Source of the DNA: Perna viridis
Lineage: Eukaryota
Length of the DNA stretch: 64,000 nucleotides
Assembly: GCA_037379345.1 (NCBI GenBank)
Contig: CM074514.1
Span: forward strand, 33,852,001 to 33,916,000
Direction: 5' to 3'
The translations under genes and the position numbers were made by a program. Below the pieces are notes generated by a model. It ran no database searches. It was not told the DNA's origin and worked only from the letters and a program-made list of their open reading frames with translations. How positions within the stretch are numbered: position 1 is the first letter of the stretch; the number at the start of each line of letters is the position of its first letter. Positions 23,031 through 37,479 of this stretch are shown here, one piece after another.

Positions 23031-25568
23031 TTTATCTGGATAAATATATTCTTGTCAAAATTTTATCATATTTCTAAGACAACCAACTGTGGTCTAAAAT
23101 GATTATAGTGATACTTTGTTCAGGAAAACTGATTATGTTTTTTCAGAAGTCATTTAACAAAGGGAGATAATTACCTAAAAATCAACATGGGGTTTTTGAA
23201 AGAATCATTTTTTGTATGATTTTAGAGACAAAATCTTTACTTTTTATTTTAAAAAAGTCTTAAAGTTCACTGGGCTATTCATGTTTAATTCAGCAAATCT
23301 TGAAGTTTATGATCTGAAAGTTTTTTTGTTTTTTTTTGTTTTTTTTGTTTTTGTGTAAAAATGAAAACAATTGATGCATGACTTTGTGACCAACTTATTA
23401 AAGGAGCCAATGAAAGCATGAGATCTTAAGCAGGTGAATTAGGTACGAGGGCAATGAAGAGAAAATACACCTATTATTTTTCATATTTTTTAAAAAGCTG
23501 TTTTTCAGCTGTGTAATTTAGACATATATTTTTCATTTAGGCTTGCGTGAGGTTATCAGGTCATCTCTCAAACAGGTGATTTTCAAACAAAGTTGGACAT
23601 TTTTGTAGTCAATTAAATTCTCATTATCAAGTTTCAGTATGTTGTAGATTTGTTCTTTGTAAATTTAATTAAGAAACTATAGAAATGCTTTGTAATTGAA
23701 AAAAGAATACCTTTCCATTGTTCTTGTGTAAGATGACACTTATTTTGAAAATTACGTTTGAAATTGACAAAATTGTCGAGTTAAAATAATTGGATTTAGA
23801 GAAGTACGAAAGATCCTTTAGAAAATTGCCTCATAATTGAATTTCTTAAAAGTTTCTTTGACAATAAATTTTGTAATTGTTTCCTCTATGAACAGCTATC
23901 TGTGAATTTTCAAGTCTCAACATTTTTATTATTTTTTATTTTTGGAAAGGCTGTTCAGGAAACAGAAAACAATATTTGTTGCCTTTCAAACTGTTGCACG
24001 GTTTTTCAGTTATTTTCAGAAGTATACATGTTAACAGTTGGGAAATGTAATCATGATTTTTCCTGTTATTTTTTCCCTTGTAGGTAAAGAGTAAAATGAA
24101 ATTGTATAAAAATGAAAGTGGTTTTTTTTTACATTTCATTATATTTCTATATCCTTAGTAACTATATAAATACTAGTTGTAACTAGGCAACTAGGATTTG
24201 TTCCAGTTTTCCAAAAATCAATTTAATTGCAGAAATATGAGAAGTTTTTACATGAAAATAAACCAATGTGTTGTGTTTTTAATTTCAATTTTTATTTTCT
24301 TTCAGAAATTGAATCATCTCCTAATGTGTAACTTATACAATTTCAATAATATTAAATGTTTGTTTGTTTTTCGTTTTTTTTTGTTCCGTGTAGAATCTGT
24401 TAGTACTGGTTTGCATGCCTCATGGCTTTTCGGTTAATGGAGGGATATAAATATAGAATATTTCTAAGCAAACAATAGTCTAGTTGATTTTTAACCAATT
24501 TGGCAGGTTGTTGGTTTTACACTGGAAGGGATGTCATTAAGTGATTTTTTTCATATTTGAATGACTCCTTTCTATATTTTTAAATGTATGTGTTAATGTT
24601 ATAATTACACATCGCAATGTTGAAATTGGTTACAATATGAATACAATACAAATGTGGGTTTGGAAAATAATATCTTACGAAAATACAATGTCTGATTGCT
24701 TTAGTGATATTTTTTAATGGCTTGTTTTGAATTTGACTCTCTGACAATTGTTGTGAAATTGGTCGCCTTGCTGAGTGATGTAACTATCAAGAAGTATTGT
24801 TCTGTCCTATTAAACTCCTGCTGGGTCCTAATAAGTCAGTAAATAACTCTTTCAGACAAGGGGACAATATATTTCATTATTTGAAAGAAATTTGTCCTGA
24901 TCGTTTAATTCTATCATAATTTTCTCCTCTGATTTAACTTGATAAAGCCTGACATTGCTATTCAGGACAGTTAACAATGGATTGCCATTTAAAAATTATG
25001 TTTTATGAAATTTGAATTAAGTGCAAAAATTTTTCAAAATATCCAAGAAAATCGTGAATTGATTTTCATTGTATTGTTATTAAATTCAATCAGTATTGAG
25101 TATTGAAAAAAAAAAATATGAAAAAAAATTGAAGGAGGGAAATTTGTACTTGGTTTTCAAACTTAGCTATTTATAACTACATTTTAAATGGTTGTAACTT
25201 GTTTCTTTAAGCAGACAGTTAATTAAATTTTGTCCAGAAAAATTTGAATGAGACAAAATTCCTATGATGGTATTTTAGGAATTTTTAAACAAAACTTCAC
25301 TTAGGTATGAATGAGGATTGTTTTGGACCACCTAGATCAAGTTATACTTAACTTTGTATCAATTTACAGAATTATTGTTTTAAATAGTTCATGACAAAAG
25401 GATTGGGTCCTTAAATCGAATGATCATGTCTATTTAACATACCTTATCTTGCAATCAGAGACATCCTAAATATTTTAACATGAAAACACAAAATTGACGA
25501 ACAATAAGATATCAAAATTCCATCTGTTTTTTCATCGGGTTACCTGTAAAATTTTACTTAGAACATAC

Positions 25569-25930
25569 CTGAGAAAATAAAGAATAAATTCCAAAATATA
25601 TTTTTCACAGTTTTGTCTATCACATGAGAAATCCACTATACTTAAAACATCTCCGAAAAATTAGTCGAAATTTATAATCCATGCATTTGTTTAAGTTGAG
25701 TTAGTCCACGGGCCAGAATATTGATATTACGGAATGTGTATAACACTCTCTGATTAAAGGCCAGGTATCAGAGAAATGATACGCAGTCTTTACATGTCAC
25801 GGTTGAAAGGTCACCAACGGAGTTACGTCTCGGCAGTCAAATCGGGTTACCTGTGTTTGTTTAGCTATACATCCTGTGTATGTCTTTTGAATTATAAACC
25901 TCAGTTCAGGTTTTCTGTAAGCTTTATACG
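25569..25930 (-). promoter_or_regulatory. Candidate proximal promoter and non-coding first exon of the nested gene
   Basis: Local CpG retention (ccgaa, gtcga, cacgg, tacgg, acgca, aacgg, tacgtctcgg) ending at a minus-strand CAG|GTATGT donor near 25568, about 4.2 kb upstream of the 21358 acceptor. Confidence 0.5.
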
Positions 25931-28900
25931 ACCAAGCTAGTGTTTATTGACTGGTATAGAGTACCTTATAACAAACTTGCTGAAAATTTAACCTTACATT
26001 TTCACCATGTATAGCTTCTGCTTATCACATTTTTTCTAATAATTGTAATTTCAGATATGGAGTTGAGTCATTCCTATATATAGTAAAATCATGTTTATTT
26101 AGATTGTTTTTGCTTTTAGTTTGACCAGATATTTTTTTTATTTGATTAAGAATTTTTCATTTTATTTTAAGGGACTTGGAGACAAGTTTTAGACAACATT
26201 TTGCACTTATAAACTATACTTGTATTAAATATATATCATTCTTTTATATGAGTTAAATTGGCTTTAAACAATCAGTTTAATTACAATTTTTAAGACTTTC
26301 TAATATAGTTTGAGATGACTCCTGGAAATTGTCTGGACTTGAAAGTTTTTTTCAGTATAGTGTTGAAAATATCATGGATTAATATTGTTTTTAAAGAATA
26401 CATGTGAAGTTAATATTTTTATCCCTGGGGCTTCTCTAAACTTTGACCTAAATGTTCTCTTATCAGCTGATTATCAAATTATCACATTAGCTCAAATTTC
26501 CCTGAGGTGAAATTGGACTTCACTCATTTTTTTTTTTTTTTTTTTTTTAATTTTCAAGATCAAAATGATCAACAATCAATGTTTCCTATAGATAAATATG
26601 TAATTAGGGGATTAAATTTGGGGCAGACATTTATTATGACAGGCGGTGACCATTAAAAAGTATCGAACCATGATAAGTGGTCTTACAAAGGACAAAAAAT
26701 CTAGAGGCTTTTGACACATCTCTTTAATGATAAAACAACAAAATGTGAAAAATTTTAAAAACCAATTCAGTAGTTTGTAAATATTCATTTCAAGTTTACT
26801 TTTAACTTTTGTTCCTTTTAAGCTGTGTTGAAACAGTTTTGGCAAAGTTAAAATAGGGCTACATTTCTCTTTATTTGTTCACTGTTTCGGGTGTATAGAC
26901 GATTTTTCAAATATTTTTATTGTGCCCATTTATTGGGAATTTTAGGCTTTACTTTTGGACAAAGAAATCGGTTTTTGGGGTACCCAGGTTATTCCGCCAC
27001 CTGAGAAATGTACACATAATTTTCTTTCTTATCACCTATTGATGTCAATTTTTAATTTAATCAATTTATATTTTGTTTGGTTGTTACTTATGTTGGATAC
27101 TTTTGAGTCTTTATTTTACCAATCATCGAACAAACGAGAAACTATCAAGTGAAAGGAAATAATTTATGATCTTGTATTTGTTAACAAATATATAAATTAG
27201 AATTGTATTGGCCATTTGTTTGACTTGGGTTAAATAAAAAGATATACAACTCAGACTGGACAAATATCAAAATTGAATTATATCTTTTTTTTCTTATCGG
27301 TTGAAAAAGTTTTTCAGCAAGAAATCGAAGTGTCTCAAGTAAGTCCTACTTTCTTGTGAGTTTCCCAATAAATCTATTGGAAGATAAAATCGTCAAAGAA
27401 AGTGTCATTCTGCCGATGAAAATATTTGATAAAGGGAGCTAATTAGTTGTAGTGGCATGATTCAATAAAATCATGATAATGATAGTGAATTATCCTACTT
27501 CATTTGTTTTAATTGAACCAAAGTGGTATATTTTAACCATAGTCAATTTATAATCTAAAGGAAAGCTTTGATATGTGCCCAAATCTTGACCAATATAGAT
27601 GTGTTTTTATAATCAGGTCAACTTATATTTATTTTGATTTTGAACTGTAATAACTATTTTCCAGTAAAATTGTCCTGAAAAGGGCAACATTACCTATGAC
27701 TTTGTCAATTTGACCTTTGACTTATGACAGCTGTTATCATATTTTGGATGGGTTCAATGCATCTTTATTATTGCCCTGTTTAGAATTTTATAGTGAACAG
27801 CCATAAATTTGCAATTGAATGAACAATGAAAAAGGATAGTCAATCAATAAATTTTCATGTTTGGGGGAATAAATCCGCCCGTCAATTACCCACAATGATT
27901 TCAGGATTAAGACATGTCATGGTAGGTGAGATCAGGGGAAGGTATTATTTAGACAGGGCGCGAGTCTATAATTAGACAATGAGTTGCCCTATTTTTAATG
28001 GTAACTTATAATTAGGGAGAAAATAAAATTCACTGAGAGTCGTGGAAATGGATACTAAACTCTTTGTTAACTGTCAAAGTTTATAACCTCTTCTTATAAC
28101 AATGAGAAAAAAGGTTGTAAAAAAACATATGGTTGGGTCAGTCTATTAGGAGACCTATAATTTATTCATACAAATGTTTGCTAATATAATGTCCTCCTTA
28201 GAGGTTTCTGTTAAAAAAAAATTAAAGTGTAATGAAAATAAAGAGTCCTTTTGCAAGTCATCCAGAAAATTATTAATGAGCAGTTTTTGTGGTAAGGTTG
28301 AAATGAACCTGCTCTTTTAACTCTTATTCTGTACTTCATTTTAAGCATACCTTTGATGGATATTATATAGAATATCTTCTGAGGATCTTAGTTCAGCAGT
28401 ACTCAATCAGGCACCTGTTATGAAGAAAAAAAATGTGTGTATAGTTATGTGTGTATAGTTACATGTATATTTTAGTCTACTTAAATTTCTTTAAATTTTC
28501 AAATCTATTCTATTACTACTCTCTGATATATTTTAAAAAGAAAACAAAAAAAAAACTACTAATAGTTCTTTCTAACGTAATGTTTTATATAAATTGATTT
28601 CTTAATTTTTCCTTGTTACTTATTTTCAATTCCTACACATCAGGATTGAAAAGTAAAGAAATGGGTCTTCAGCTAATCTTTTTTTTTTCTTCTCAATGAA
28701 CAATTAGTGATTGTCAATTATAATGTCTGTTAATCCTTATTTAGATATTGGTTAAGCTTAAATAGAGAATATTTTTTTTTATTTTCTCGTGACAAATTAT
28801 ACATGTACAAGGCTCAGCGAGTATTTTGATTTCACAGACTACTTAAACATGTAACAAGCTTTTAATAGACATTTTGTAATGAGAAATCAGTTGAGTACTG

Positions 28901-31900
28901 TTTATATTATGTGGATTATAGAGTAAGTGATTAGGAGAGATCAGTGCCTATTGATAAGGGGTAATAAGTCAGACCTAGAAATCTGATTATCAGGGTATAA
29001 AAATAATTAATACTTAGGACATAAATCTGCCTAATCTTGGATAAAACCCAGGATATTACATGAATGGGTGATAAAAAATTATTACTGTTTTTTTTGGTAA
29101 TTAGAAAAATTATAAGTGCATATAGTATCGGTAATATGGGATTTGTGTTGTCCAGTACTGTAAAATGATTGAAAGAGGGTGTATTTTGTAGATGATATTC
29201 AAACTGAGTGTATAAATTTAAAATATTTTGACTTATCTAAAAGGTTCATATTCATCTTCATTCTGTTCTGAAGGCCAATATTGAATGAAAGGGAACCACT
29301 TCCTTTTACGCCATCATTCTATTCATGGCAACTGTTGGTTAATAGTGTACCTCTTCCTTTATCAATGTGCATTCAATAAACCACATTCTTTATTTAAGTA
29401 GCATTTTGTTGACATGAAGTATGGCGAGATATAAAATATTTTCAAACCTTATCCACAGTGAAATGACCTTACAGTTTGTTGCAGACTGGTTACGGAGATA
29501 GTCTCCTACCACGTTCTACCGTCAAATTATTTCAAAGTATTTCTACCCTAGTTTTTATCTATATAAGGTGCCCATTATCAGCTTTAGGTGTGCTATCAAT
29601 TTTGACGACCTATTACAAAGCAAACTCACTTATCTCCACTGATACTAAATTCTATGTATTGTTAGGTGTTCAGGCCTAATCTGGCAAATTCTTTTATTTG
29701 AACAATATGTAAATATTTATGAATGGTCAATGAGGCTTTGTAGATGACAGAAGCAATCATGCTAATTATCATGGACTAGTCCAGGTAACAACGAAGAGCA
29801 TTGTAGAACAAACCACCCACCTTATCGCTAAATTATGGTTCTAATTCAATTCCAAACGGTATCAACCTCTTAGTAACTAGAGAGGAGCTCAAGTACCCTT
29901 TTAGTCATATCTCTGAAATTACTTTCGGCTATATTTACTGATTCCTATCAGAGAGTATCCATGAATGTTTTACGATGGATTTTTCCAATTTTATGGCCCC
30001 TAAAATTTACTGATTATCAAGTTGATAATGTAGCCAACATAAATGTTATAAGCCCTAGGCTTGTTAACCTGTATGACATGTTGTGCTTTGTTGTTTATGA
30101 ATAATGCAAAGTTTCCCTGTAATAAGTGTGAATTGACCAATTAATCAGGGTAAAGGCCCATATGTTATTATGACACATTAAGCTTTCCTTACATAATTTC
30201 TTGTACAAAATTAACAACAAACATAATTTTTCATCATGCTTTCTTCTTTATCTTTCCCAATTGTAATATATTAGAATTCTTTTGATCTACAACTTGAATG
30301 TATGGTAAGCCATATCTCTACTAAATAAAGCTGACTTCTGTCATGTGCCAGTGAATATAATTTGTAAAGTTTGTTGAATTTTAATGCCAGGAAGAGTTAA
30401 AACCCTTTGGTTTTAAACCTTACATGAGTTTCATTGATCCCTATCCCTCGAAAAAAGGTTGTTTTTTTTTTTTAAATATTGTCGTGAGTATGAAAGTAAT
30501 CTAAATAGTGATATGTCTTTTTGGTTTATCTAAATTATTTTGTTTTTCTTTTAATATTGACTTTAGGTCCTACTCAGCAAGACTGAATCTAGACATTGAT
30601 GGCAAGGAGAAGTTTCAGCTAATTTTTTTTTTTAAGAATAACAACATTTACTCTTTTGTCTATGAAATCTATCACAAAAAAGTCAAAGACAGATTGGAGA
30701 AGTGAGCAAAAACAAGAAGTTTCTGCTTATTTCTCCTTCAAGATTAGGCCCCGGGACTCCCCTACCAGCAGTATGAATCTAAAACTAAATGTACTGAATA
30801 TTTTCTACATAATATATTGATCTTTGAAACAATTTTTTAATGAAGTCAGCAAGTCCAAACTAAATTATGAATTGATACTTAAATTGAACTTTAGACAACA
30901 ATACAACATGCTATAAATCAGATGGATGGAGGGGAAGTCCGAGGTTCATAATGGATGGAAACTTTCAATGTACAATTTGATCATTTTATATTCACATGTA
31001 AGCAATATTATACCCTTAAATAGCAGCATGAAGTCACAAATTTGAAAAGAATTTGAGGGATTAGATGTAATATAAATTTTACTATCATGTTTCTCTAGAA
31101 AAAAGAAAGTATTTGGAGCGAAATTCAATGAACAATGATTTTATGACATAGAATACAGAAAAAGAATTTAATCTCATCTGTGTAAGGTAAGAAGTTGGAT
31201 AAAAAGTTGTTTTACATGATAATTTGAATCTTTATGCTTGTCATTGGTCAAGGTTAACTGAAAAGGATATCTTGCTCTAAAAATAGCAGTGAGGACCCAC
31301 AGTGTTATGTTATGTGTAACTGCTTCATTGAAACTCAACCCACATTCTTATTCCAAATTGTTGATACACAACAACTTCAATGGAAAAAACTTTTTTACAT
31401 GCTGTTTGACTATGTATCATTTATTTTTTTGAAATTTTGATTTTTGGTCAAAGTTCATTTAATGTCATATAGGTTCAAAGTCAAGTGAAAGCACTTTTTT
31501 TTACACTAGGTGCTAAAATGTAGCAAGTCTTCTTAGATATGAGATATACTTCCTGATTTTAACCAGATACATCTCAGTGTCATGCTATTATCTATTTTTA
31601 ATCATCAATTCATCTTCAATTGAATTATTCCAAGTCAAGATGTTTACATAGAGACATGTGTTAGAAATTTGATTTTATTTCCTACCACCAAGGAACTGCT
31701 AATGTAATACTCATGTCATCTCAGCTGAAAGGATGCATCCTACAGTTAATTGTCTGTTCTATGGGAACTTTATTGGTTAATTTGACACCAAAATGAACTT
31801 GTCTTTGCAGGTCCCATAGTCGAGTTTATGTTTTATTTTTAGGAGTTTGATGTGAAGATCAATTTTTTTAGAAGGTTTGGTGATGGGGTAGAGAAAGTTG

Positions 31901-34286
31901 CGTCTGCAAAATTGGTGTGAAATAGCAATACCTGATAAAAAGAGGGGTTTCTATTGTATAATAATTTAAGTTTGGAAGCTTGCTTGGCAATGGCATACTT
32001 TAATACAACCAAGAATTTTTCACTAGGTTTTAGATTGTATATTTATTTGATTTGATTTTAGAAATACAAGGAATGAGTCAGAATGTTGTGTATTTCATAA
32101 TTAAAGTTGAATAGGACATATACAATATACATGTTCATGTAGCTGATTTCTTCCTAAATGAAAATGATTTAATACTTTATAAACTTATACTGTATGTAGA
32201 ATAATATCTTTAGGACATACAATTTTGTGTACTTCCTATAAAAAGGTCACACCTTTAACGTGAGAGGATCTTGTCCTTATGATCTGGCCTCGGGGATATT
32301 TTTGTCCTAATCTCAGTTTACACCTCGGATATGAAAACATAATTTCTTTGTGTAACCAATTTCAATATATCAAAATAAAATTGCATTTGATAAATTGGAT
32401 TTTATTTCTATTGGTATTCGCTTCAATAAATCAGGCAAAGGGCTAAGAATGATAGGTTTAAATTTTGGAATTTCATATCGTTTTAACAACTATTTGATAT
32501 CAGTATTTTCTGTAGGGGATATAAATGTTTGATTGTAAGTGTTACATAATGATGGAAAAAAATTGTAAAGATGTAATTTTCACCTTTTTATGTAATCAAA
32601 TCTATTCCAGTTAGTTTTGAGGGTCACCTTGGGTTACAGATGAAAGGCAATTTAACATGAATCTTCACTTAGGACTCCAATGAATTTTATCATTTTCATT
32701 AATTGCTTGGGGAATAAATGGAATTCTGGTTTGAAAACTTGATTTAAGTTAATTTATAAATGATTGGTGTATAAATAATTTAAAACTTTTCCACGTCTTT
32801 ATTACTTTTATGGGAATTCCTCTACTTTAAAATTGCAGCAGTTTTTCAAGGGGGATAACTTTGAAACAAAGTTGATTTAAATCACATTTGATGTGGCATG
32901 TAGAGTCAACTTACATGTATTTAACAATTCTGTAAAAATGGGGGAAAATTGAAGTTAAATTTTATACATTCATGTTACTGTTAATTTAAGGTTACAAGTG
33001 AACATGCTCATGGGTTCAGATTTCAGAATTACAAAAAGACCACATCATCACTAGAACAAAATCTGTAGAGTATCTTTGTTCCTGCCTTTTATGGGTTGAA
33101 TAAAGGAGTCTATGGTGCCAATTATCTGGAGATGGATCTGTGATGCTAATTAACCTGTTGGAGTTCACACCTCAGTAGACCATTTATGCAAATTGAAGAG
33201 TTTAGGTTGATCACAATGAATGTTTACCTAAATTTCTTTCTTCCAGTTGTTGGACTGAACAATTGTAGCAAGTCAGGGCAGGGGGTAGGGGTGGTGGATG
33301 GAAATTTTTTTTGCATGAAATTTTGATTTTTCACCAGTTCTGCCATCATAACTGTTTTGCCTATCTTTGCCTATGCCAGCCCCACCCTTTCCAACCAAAA
33401 TCCTGTATCTGCTCCAGCAAATCATTTATTGTTTGTTGAGGGATACCATTCAGACAAGGATAGATATATCAACCCTTGCACCATATCTGCACCATATGCA
33501 CATTCTCTCAAAAATGCACATTCTTGCAGGTAGATATTACAATATACCTGTATTATAAATACCAGCTGGTATACCACCCTTTTGACAACCTATTTTATTA
33601 TTGTTACATAGAAATACTAATAATTGTGGTGTTAGAAAATGTCATATAGAATACATTTAACTGAAAAGAAATGTGTTATTGCCTTTATAATGTGTTTTTG
33701 GACATCTTTATGAGCTACTATACAAACACCTGTATAGGTGAAATGCATGAATATTTATTCGGAATTCAATAAATTTTATGTCATTTTTTTATTTATTTAC
33801 TGTAACAAGTGTAATTGGAAAGCAATTTGAGCTCCTATTAAGTGTTAAAAATAACAAAATCATAGTTCATACCAGAAATTTAATGGGATGTTAGAAAAAA
33901 AAGTTATGGCAATGTACAAAATAAGGAGGGGAGTAGATAAACGTATTAATGGATACTCTCAGGGTAGATCTAGGTTTAGGTTGAGGATGTATATTGATGC
34001 AAAAAATTGGGTGGAGGGGGTTGGGGGTAGAATTGGTGAAAAGTCAAGATTTCATGCAAAAAAAACTTATTCATAAATAATTTTAGTGAGGGCATATGCT
34101 GGATCTGCAGCTCTATGAATCCATGTCTGGCAGCATCTTTGAAAAGTTGATTTTTGCTCTGAAAATTTTCAGTGATATGATAAAATTGATTTTTCAGGAT
34201 TGTTTTGTAATGGTTATGAAGAAATACAGTTTCAACAGATAAAACCCCCAGTCATACTTGATGAATACATTTGTCCATATCTTACC

Positions 34287-34420
34287 TGTTTTAAAAAAAA
34301 ATAGTCGGAAATGGTTATATATCAAAATCGACAGCGAAAAATACGACTCCTCACTACAATATGAAAAAGTAATCCATCAACTTTAGCAATTACTGGTAGA
34401 ATGTAATTAACGTAGGAAAG
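34287..34420 (-). promoter_or_regulatory. Candidate distal promoter and alternative first exon of the nested gene
   Basis: Small CpG cluster (gtcgg, atcga, agcga, tacga, aacgt) ending at a minus-strand CAG|GTAAGA donor near 34286. A second CAG|GTAAGT lies near 34707. Confidence 0.4.
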
Positions 34421-37400
34421 TGTTTCTAATCCATGAATAGGTAAATTGTCAATTAATCAGTCCTGTGTATCAATCAGATAGAAAAAGTCAAACTATGAAA
34501 AAATACCAGGTGCCTTTCTACACTGAGGGTACCTTTTGTCCTATAAGGTGAAAAGATGAATATTTTAGTCCAAAGACTTCTATCTCCAGTGAACTGTATT
34601 ATTGTTAAACAACTGTTCACAAGTCTTTGATTAGATTTCCTGCCAATCAAACCACAAGCTCCACCCACCTACTCATCTCAGCCAATCAACTGTGAATAAT
34701 TACTTACCTGAGTTTTATGATGTTTGATTAAATTTTCCTTTGATGTTAAACAGAATAAAGGCCACATCAATAAAAACAGCTTATTTAGGAAATGGAACAT
34801 TAATATATTAATATGGATTTTCTGTGTGGTTGAAGTTTCCTACCTGAAGAGAGAGAAAGCTGATAAATACACATTAATAATTATTATTGAACACCTGTGT
34901 TGCTATGTTGGGTTGAATTTAAGTCGAAAATATGTACTTGAATATTTGTTACTTATTCTATTCATAATTTTCAAAAGTTATGCAACACTTTTAGAAAAAA
35001 ATTAAGAATTCTCTTTATCACTGCAAATTATTGCTAAAGAAGTATAATACATTGATAGTCATTACAATTTTGTAGTTTAATGTTTTTATGTATATTTTCT
35101 GGAGATTCCCTTTTGCACCAGCTTTATTATTTCTGAATTATTATGGCTTATTGTTGAAGTACAAGTCTTTCTAAGAGTCAGGCAAAATGAGGACATGTCA
35201 TAAACCAACTGATCTGAATGTATAATCTTTTATTGAAGTCTTCTCTATTTGGAATGACCAATATTATATCTCTGCATCACTGGATATGTTAGGAAACTTT
35301 TCATTATAATGTTAGAACTGTGTTGCCTGCCAGTAAAATGTTAATATGCATCGCATATCAATAAAAATATAACTCATTTTACCAAAATTATATAAAAAAT
35401 ATTTTCTTTTTGTTTTTTATTTGATTGCACAATTTTGGGTGGTCAAATTACACTGTCCGAGTGATTTCAGAACATGCTCTACCAACTGCCTGAATCTTAC
35501 AGAGACTGACACTTATGAGGTGTCATTTGTCATTATATTACTAATGCTTGATAATTGTTTCAGTCATTTGATCTTTTACTTGATTTCATGCAAGAACTGT
35601 CTAAAACTTACCAGATCAATTCGAATGATTTTATTTTAAAAGTTTTATACGGAGAGGCAGTTTTGGGGGAGACAGGCATTACAGGAGCTATAGCTAGGCC
35701 TCCATTGTCTATCTGCTATGTAATAAAAGCTCTTACACACAAACCTATCAATTATGTTATGAAGAAACTTTTGAAAAAGTTTGAAAATCATATTTTTAAA
35801 GGCTTGAGGAAAATATCTTTGCTGAGGACTTCCTTAGGATGATAATAAGATTTAGAGGTTTACATATTTTGCAAGTAGTGAGCGGTACAGTTTGTATTGT
35901 GGAACAATATAATTATTCCTTTGCCGTCTTCATAGTTTTGCAGTAGCCCAAAGTTCTATGGCTCATAAAATTAGTAGTTTTGCTTAAAGCAATTTGCTCA
36001 AGCCTAGCATCAGGCTGCTACATGTTATTCTAAACAATTCATGTTAGTGACTTGAACTGGTACAAAATTTATCAAATAAACTATTTATGTTGGTGAATTG
36101 AACAGTTTATGTAGAATACTGCTCACAGTACATGTATTTCTAGTTAGAAAAATGTTTTATCCTCAAGTTATCTATGTTCATCAAACATAATAGTTTCAAG
36201 CCTATAATATTTATCTGTTCATGAGTAAAAATGTATTGTCTCCATGAATATTTTATAAAGATGCTTGTGTAGGTAAACTTGTTTCATTAACAACAAACAA
36301 ATGGCTAATGTCCCATATGGACTAATCACAAAAGGGAGGAGATAATGTATATTGGGAAAACAAATAAATCAAGGGAGGAAAAAATGACAAATTATTTATG
36401 GGACCCCTTAGGGCTAGTCCGACTGGTTTTATTACAATGGGAGGGATAAGTGCATACCAAAAAATGTTATTGTTTCCAAATTTTGCCTATACAAATGTAT
36501 TATTCAGGAAGGGTGGACAATTGTTATAGTCCCAGAGGAACATATAAACACATAATTGGACACTTTTATTGTTATTAATTACATAAAAGACTAGATAATC
36601 TGATATTGTTTGGAAAGTGGATTATCTGCCCTTTGTTTGACATAGATTATCTACCCTTGTTACAATACATAAATTGGATTATTACAGGTGTCTGCAATGG
36701 TTGTGATAAGAAAAGTGTGATAATGGTTGTTGTATAAATTATGGGGCGTTAAAATATTTTGATATCATTACTTCAAATATTAACCACAACCATAATTAGG
36801 TCTTCTTCCGTCATAATATTTGTTCCTCCTATTAGTGACCATAATATATGTAAACAGATGTTTTAGCCATGCTGTCCTGAACTTCTGAACTGTTTGCCTT
36901 TTAAAAGTACATGTTGAGTTAAAAAACAAAACCAAATTCAAGGTTTAGAGACAATATATGAGTTTGCCTTGTTTTAGTTCTTGACCAGATGATTACTAAA
37001 TGCCATGTGTCATTTTTACCTAATATGTTCTTGCAATGTAATTTAGTATATAAAACCTCTTGTAAAGTTCATGTATATTATAGATTTAGAAGAGGAAAAC
37101 ATACAGCATAAGAAAAATATCATAATTTTAGTATAAAGAAGTTTAACAATTATTTACATTTTTATATTATATTACATCAATCTTTTAATGGATGTATTAT
37201 GGTATACCACAGTCACTCCCTCTGTGTGCTCATCTGTCTATCTTTCAAACATCATGTAAAACAGTAATTGGGTTAAATATTTGTCTTATTGGATGGCTTC
37301 TGTTGGTTTTTGTTTTGTTTTTTTTTAATTTGATTTACCATTTCTTAAGGACTATTTGACTTGATACCCAAAATAACTTTGATGAATTGTTGTTATGAAT

Positions 37401-37479
37401 GATTGTGAGCTCCCTTTTAATTTTTATGATTTATTTCTTTAAGATTGCAAAACATTTGTGGTCACATAATATTATCATG

